Shown here: positions 59,399 through 64,000 of the stretch, piece after piece
Layout of the letters: the number at the start of each line of letters is the position of its first letter
Numbering within the stretch: the first letter of the stretch is position 1
Origin: Aulosira sp. ZfuVER01
GTDB taxonomy: Bacteria > Cyanobacteriota > Cyanobacteriia > Cyanobacteriales > Nostocaceae
Direction: 5' to 3'
NCBI GenBank assembly: GCA_034530615.2
Contig: JAVRCV020000062.1
Span: 1-64,000 of the forward strand
Length of the DNA: 64,000 nucleotides
Notes under the pieces: model-generated
Seen by the model: the letters and a program-made list of their open reading frames with translations, nothing else
Database searches by the model: none
What the model was told of the DNA's origin: nothing
Translations under genes and position numbers: made by a program

Positions 59399-61888
59399 AT
59401 GCTAGAAATGCTGCACAATCAAGAAACCGAACGCCAAGTCGCCAAAGAACAAGCCTTAGTGTTGCCTTTGGGTGAAGTTGGGATTGCAGACATTCCTTTA
59501 GTGGGTGGTAAAAACGCTTCTCTAGGAGAAATGATTCAGCAACTCAGGCGCAAAGGGGTAAAAGTTCCTACCGGATTTGCTACCACCGCCTACGCTTATA
59601 GATACTTCATCTCTGCGGCGGGTATTGAAACAAGACTTAGAGAGATTTTTGCAGATTTAGATGTTGAAGATGTCAATAATCTGCGACGTTGTGGGAAACA
59701 AGCTAGATTGCTCATGCTGCAAACGCCATTTCCGGTAGAATTGCAGGAAGCGATCGCTCAAGCTTACCAAGGCCTCTGTCAGCAATATGAGGCTGATACC
59801 GATGTCGCAGTCCGTTCCAGTGCTACTGCTGAAGACCTCCCCGACGCCAGCTTTGCCGGACAGCAAGAAACTTATTTAAATGTCCACGGACTTAAAGGTG
59901 TATTAGAAGCTTGTCACAAATGCTTTGCCTCAATTTTTACTGACCGTGCCATTTCCTATCGACAAATTAAAGGTTTCGACCATTTCAACATTGCCTTATC
60001 GGTAGGCGTACAAAAAATGGTACGTTCTGACCTAGCTTGTTCAGGTGTCATGTTCTCCATTGACACAGAAACAGGTTTTAGAGATGCTGCCTTAATTAAT
60101 GCTGCTTACGGCTTGGGTGAAAACGTCGTCCAAGGAGCAGTTAATCCAGACGAATATTTAGTATTTAAACCTACATTAAAGCAGGGATATCACCCGATTC
60201 TCAAAAAACGCCTTGGTAGTAAAGAAATTAAGATGATTTATGACCTAGGCGGCTCAAAATTGACTAAGAATGTTCCAGTTCCACCCTCGGAACGTAACGT
60301 ATTTGCGCTCAATAATGAGGAAATTTTACAACTTGCGCACTGGGCTTGCATTATTGAAGAACACTATTCTCAAGTGCGTGGTACATATACACCAATGGAT
60401 ATTGAGTGGGCAAAAGACGGTATCAGTAATGAACTGTTTATTGTGCAAGCACGTCCAGAAACAGTGCAGTCTCAGAAGCGGGATAATGTGCTGCGTAGTT
60501 ATCACCTGGTAGTGAAAGCAGAGGAGAACACAGATAATTCTGCACCTCAACCCCTAACGCTTCCTACACCTATTGTTACAGGTCGGAGTGTGGGTGAGAT
60601 GATCGGTCAAGGTAAAGCCAGAGTTATCTTGGACGTAAATCAAATTCATCAGTTTCAAACAGGAGAGGTACTGATAACAAACCGCACCGATCCTGACTGG
60701 GAACCAATTATGAAACGTGCCAGTGCGATCGTTACTAACTCTGGTGGACGCACCTGTCACGCCGCTATTATTGCTAGAGAGTTGGGAATTCCCGCGATCG
60801 TCGGTTGTGGTAATGCCACCATCGTCTTAAAAACTGGGCAAGAAATTACCGTTAGTTGTGCCGAAGGTGAAACCGGAAAAGTTTACGCAGGTTTATTGCC
60901 TTACGAAATCCAAGAATTACCACTAGAAAAATTGCCCCATACCCACACCCAAATCATGATGAATGTGGGCAATCCCGAAGAGGCCTTTGGTTTCGCAGCT
61001 ATCCCTAATGAAGGTGTGGGATTAGCAAGGATGGAATTTATTATTGCCAACCAAATCAAAGCACATCCTTTGGCATTAATTCACTTCGATGAGTTAGAAG
61101 ACGAACTTGCGAGATACAAAATTGCGGAGTTAACCGCCGAATACGAAAACAAAGCTCAATTCTTCGTTGATAAATTGGCAGAAGGTATTGGAACTATAGC
61201 AGCAGCTTTCTATCCAAAACCTGTAATTGTTCGTCTATCAGATTTCAAGAGTAACGAATACGCCAATCTTTTGGGTGGTAAACAATTTGAACCCACAGAA
61301 GAAAACCCCATGATTGGCTGGCGAGGTGCTTCTCGTTACTATGACGATCGCTATCGTGAAGGTTTTGCCCTAGAGTGTCAAGCGATGAAGCAAGTCCGAG
61401 ATGAAAAGGGCTTAACCAATGTGATTTTGATGATACCTTTCTGCCGTACCCCAGAAGAAGGTCAGCGTGTATTGGCAGAGATGGCAAAATATGGTTTGGT
61501 GCGGGGAGAAAACGGTTTGCAAGTTTACGTTATGTGTGAATTGCCCAGTAACGTCCTCCTAGCAGACGAATTTTGTCAAGTATTTGATGGCTTTTCCATA
61601 GGTTCAAATGACCTGACACAATTAACTCTCGGACTAGATCGAGATTCCGAGTTAGTAGCGCATCTATTTGACGAACGCAATCAAGCTGTGAAGCGAATGA
61701 TTGCTAAAGCCATTCGCACAGTCAAAAAACACGGACGTAAAATCGGTATTTGCGGTCAAGCACCCAGCGATTACCCAGAATTTGCCCGCTTCCTTGTAGA
61801 ACAGGGAATTGATTCGATTAGCCTTAACCCTGATTCAGTGCTGAAGACATTACTGGAAATCGCGATTACAGAAGCAGGTAAGCAGTAA
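59399..61888 (+). CDS. ppsA: Phosphoenolpyruvate synthase
   Basis: VGGKNASLGEM, VRSSATAEDLPDASFAGQ, GGRTCHAAI and SIGSNDLTQL motifs. Confidence 0.97.
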   Translation: MLEMLHNQETERQVAKEQALVLPLGEVGIADIPLVGGKNASLGEMIQQLRRKGVKVPTGFATTAYAYRYFISAAGIETRLREIFADLDVEDVNNLRRCGKQARLLMLQTPFPVELQEAIAQAYQGLCQQYEADTDVAVRSSATAEDLPDASFAGQQETYLNVHGLKGVLEACHKCFASIFTDRAISYRQIKGFDHFNIALSVGVQKMVRSDLACSGVMFSIDTETGFRDAALINAAYGLGENVVQGAVNPDEYLVFKPTLKQGYHPILKKRLGSKEIKMIYDLGGSKLTKNVPVPPSERNVFALNNEEILQLAHWACIIEEHYSQVRGTYTPMDIEWAKDGISNELFIVQARPETVQSQKRDNVLRSYHLVVKAEENTDNSAPQPLTLPTPIVTGRSVGEMIGQGKARVILDVNQIHQFQTGEVLITNRTDPDWEPIMKRASAIVTNSGGRTCHAAIIARELGIPAIVGCGNATIVLKTGQEITVSCAEGETGKVYAGLLPYEIQELPLEKLPHTHTQIMMNVGNPEEAFGFAAIPNEGVGLARMEFIIANQIKAHPLALIHFDELEDELARYKIAELTAEYENKAQFFVDKLAEGIGTIAAAFYPKPVIVRLSDFKSNEYANLLGGKQFEPTEENPMIGWRGASRYYDDRYREGFALECQAMKQVRDEKGLTNVILMIPFCRTPEEGQRVLAEMAKYGLVRGENGLQVYVMCELPSNVLLADEFCQVFDGFSIGSNDLTQLTLGLDRDSELVAHLFDERNQAVKRMIAKAIRTVKKHGRKIGICGQAPSDYPEFARFLVEQGIDSISLNPDSVLKTLLEIAITEAGKQ

Positions 61889-61889
61889 A

Positions 61890-61980
61890 GGAAGAGGAGG
61901 ATGAGGGGGATGAGGAAGACAAGGGGGACAAAGCAGGGAAGCAGAGGGAGAAATGACCAATGACCAATGACAAAGGACTA
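61890..61980. repeat. STRR tract (purine-rich plus AATGACC heptamers)
   Basis: aatgacc aatgacc aatgac aaaggac. Confidence 0.7.
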
Positions 61981-61986
61981 ATCACT

Positions 61987-62517
61987 ATGTTTCACAAAAT
62001 TTTGGTTGCCATCAACAATTCAGAAATTGGTCAACAACTTTTTGATCAAGCTCTATCTTTAGCAAAAGCAAATAATGCTGAATTAATGATAGTGTATGTA
62101 CTTTCACCCTTTGATGAGCGCTACCCTACTCCCCCAGGTGTGTCTACAGATGGTATTTATCCACCCTTTACTACTGACGATGTGAACTATTATTTGGGAC
62201 AGTGGGAATCTCTAAAACGAGAAGGAATAGAATTTTTAACATTGTTAACCAATAAAGCGATCGCTCAAGGCGTTAACGCTGAATATACTCAAGAATTTGG
62301 CGACCCCAGTCGGATGATTTGTGAAGTAGCACTTAATTGGCAAGCCGATCTGATTATTCTCGGTCGTCGGGGATTGAGCGGAGTCAAGGAGTTTTTCTTG
62401 GGTAGCGTCAGTAATTATGTATTACATCATGCCACGTGTTCAGTTTTGACCGTGCAAGGAGTAACTAAAGACACTACCGAAACCCCTAAAGCAGCCGTTG
62501 TAGAATCAGCTTCTTGA
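61987..62517 (+). CDS. Universal stress protein
   Basis: FHKILVA, GDP and ADLIILGRRG..LGSVSNYVLHHATCSVL motifs. Confidence 0.95.
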   Translation: MFHKILVAINNSEIGQQLFDQALSLAKANNAELMIVYVLSPFDERYPTPPGVSTDGIYPPFTTDDVNYYLGQWESLKREGIEFLTLLTNKAIAQGVNAEYTQEFGDPSRMICEVALNWQADLIILGRRGLSGVKEFFLGSVSNYVLHHATCSVLTVQGVTKDTTETPKAAVVESAS

Positions 62518-62554
62518 TTTTTCAGAATCTTGTCTAACACCGTAGTTACACACT

Positions 62555-62590
62555 AGGGAACAAGTAACAAAATTGTTGCTGTTCCCTTTT
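62555..62590 (+). terminator. Intrinsic terminator
   Basis: AGGGAACA..TGTTCCCT-TTT hairpin. Confidence 0.65.
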
Positions 62591-62779
62591 CTATCACTAC
62601 TATGGGAATTGCAATTAACTGCAAACTGTTACATCATGCTTAAGAATTTTTTTACTCTGGAATACATAAAAATATACTGTAGCAATTTGCGATCGAATTC
62701 ATTGAAATAGTAAATAAATTAAGTTATTATACCAACATAATTATGTAATCACCGAAGTAACAAATAATTTAAAGAATAT

Positions 62780-63517
62780 ATGAGTCAAAATTTAGATATT
62801 CAAGAATTTGTGATAGCGATCGCAGTTAGACAGCAAAATCCCACTGTTTTGACCGCAGATTTCCTGAAATATAGCGGCATCATCCCTAGTGATTGGGAAC
62901 TAGCTAGACCACCAGTTTTAACGAATGCTGCGGCTCAGGTCGTATTTCAAAACGGTGTGAGTATCATTGCAGAAGTCAATAGAATTGTTTTCTCTGAGCT
63001 AATTGCTAATAAAGAAGCTCAAGATGTGTCTATCCCGGTAATCGCTCGCAAGTATGTAGAGACATTAACTCAAGTTAGCTATCAAGGGGTTAGCATCAAT
63101 TTTAGAGGCTATGTCCTTTTTGAACAGAAAAATGGCACACCTCGTAACTACATTTTTGGCAACCTGCTCAAACCTGGCCCTTGGCAAGAGTTTGGCACAT
63201 CTCCAGTTCAAGCTGCGTTACGGTTTATTTACACCCTCAAAGAAGCGCAACTATTCTTAGATGTTAATGAAGTTGGACTACAGTTACCAGATAAATCCTT
63301 ACTCCCAGCAATTTTGTTCTCTGCTAATGTTAGCCACACAATAGCTCAAGATGACCCAGTACAGCGCTTAACTAACTTAGTTCAGGTAATTGGTAACTGG
63401 CAGAAAGATTTAGAAATTTACAAAGAAGTTGTTAATACCAAGTTTTTAACCACTGGTAGCTATCAAATTAATTTAGCACCAGATGAACCGCTGATTTTTC
63501 CCAAGGAAGCAATTTGA
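62780..63517 (+). CDS. Conserved hypothetical protein
   Basis: 245-aa ORF with NPTVLTADFLKYSGIIPSDWEL motif; function not recognised. Confidence 0.7.
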   Translation: MSQNLDIQEFVIAIAVRQQNPTVLTADFLKYSGIIPSDWELARPPVLTNAAAQVVFQNGVSIIAEVNRIVFSELIANKEAQDVSIPVIARKYVETLTQVSYQGVSINFRGYVLFEQKNGTPRNYIFGNLLKPGPWQEFGTSPVQAALRFIYTLKEAQLFLDVNEVGLQLPDKSLLPAILFSANVSHTIAQDDPVQRLTNLVQVIGNWQKDLEIYKEVVNTKFLTTGSYQINLAPDEPLIFPKEAI

Positions 63518-63581
63518 GATGGGGTTAGACTTCTAATAGATAAGCTTGAAGTGCAATCTTAGTGAAATAAACTGGATTTAG

Positions 63582-63611
63582 ATCTCGGACTTCTTAAAGA
63601 AGTCCGGGATT
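63582..63611. repeat. Short palindromic dispersed repeat
   Basis: ATCTCGGACTTCTTAAAGAAGTCCGGGAT, same family as 33009-33037. Confidence 0.6.
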
Positions 63612-64000
63612 TGAAGTATAGCCTTGCTGTGAAAGACTGTAGTTTGAGTGTTAAATTTATAAGAATTTATAACGCCTTGGCTCTAATTTAACTGATAGTA
63701 TTAAACCCGAAAGTAATTGACATGAAGAATAAATTTTAACGGTAAAGTTGGAGCTTCTACCTTAGAATTATTCTATTTAGATAGTTTCCCAAACTGTGAA
63801 CAGTTTATCTGGTTCGGCAGAACTTGACGATAGGTTAGAATATTTTGGTAACTCTATTAACAAGCGCAGTGTCAATTATGTAAGTAATAAATTACACATG
63901 CTCAACATCTGCGATCGCTATCATCCTCATTGATTGCAAACGTTCTTTAATATCTCCTAAATAACAGAACAGAATTTACTACCATTGATGTAAGATTCAT

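Overview
This 64-kb window looks like chromosome from a heterocyst-forming (Nostocales-type) cyanobacterium: AT-rich intergenic DNA, very frequent HIP1 GCGATCGC sites, heptameric STRR tracts, and por and DevBCA-family genes. Most of it is housekeeping or common accessory genes: por, TRAP dctQM, ylqF, lepB, PBP1A, tyrS, pyrF, ABC transporters, moaE, a HerA-like ATPase, a SigB-type sigma factor, ppk2, ppsA and a USP. I saw no rRNA, tRNA, CRISPR array or intact transposase. The most notable items are: (1) a ~1700-aa DUF4157 (eCIS-core) protein built like a polymorphic toxin, with an unassigned C-terminal tip and a tightly coupled candidate immunity gene (50614-56264); (2) five ~45-nt hairpin elements nested up to three deep inside an open reading frame without breaking the frame (21820-22215); (3) an ECF sigma/RskA pair with two identical divergent promoter motifs, facing a cupredoxin/metallophosphoesterase cluster; (4) a mirrored 11-bp-period binding-site pair upstream of ppsA; (5) a collapsed hybrid histidine kinase whose receiver remnant starts at the end of a MITE; (6) a candidate anti-Shine-Dalgarno sRNA; and two further pseudogenes. 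All product calls come from motif recognition by eye, and no database searches were run.
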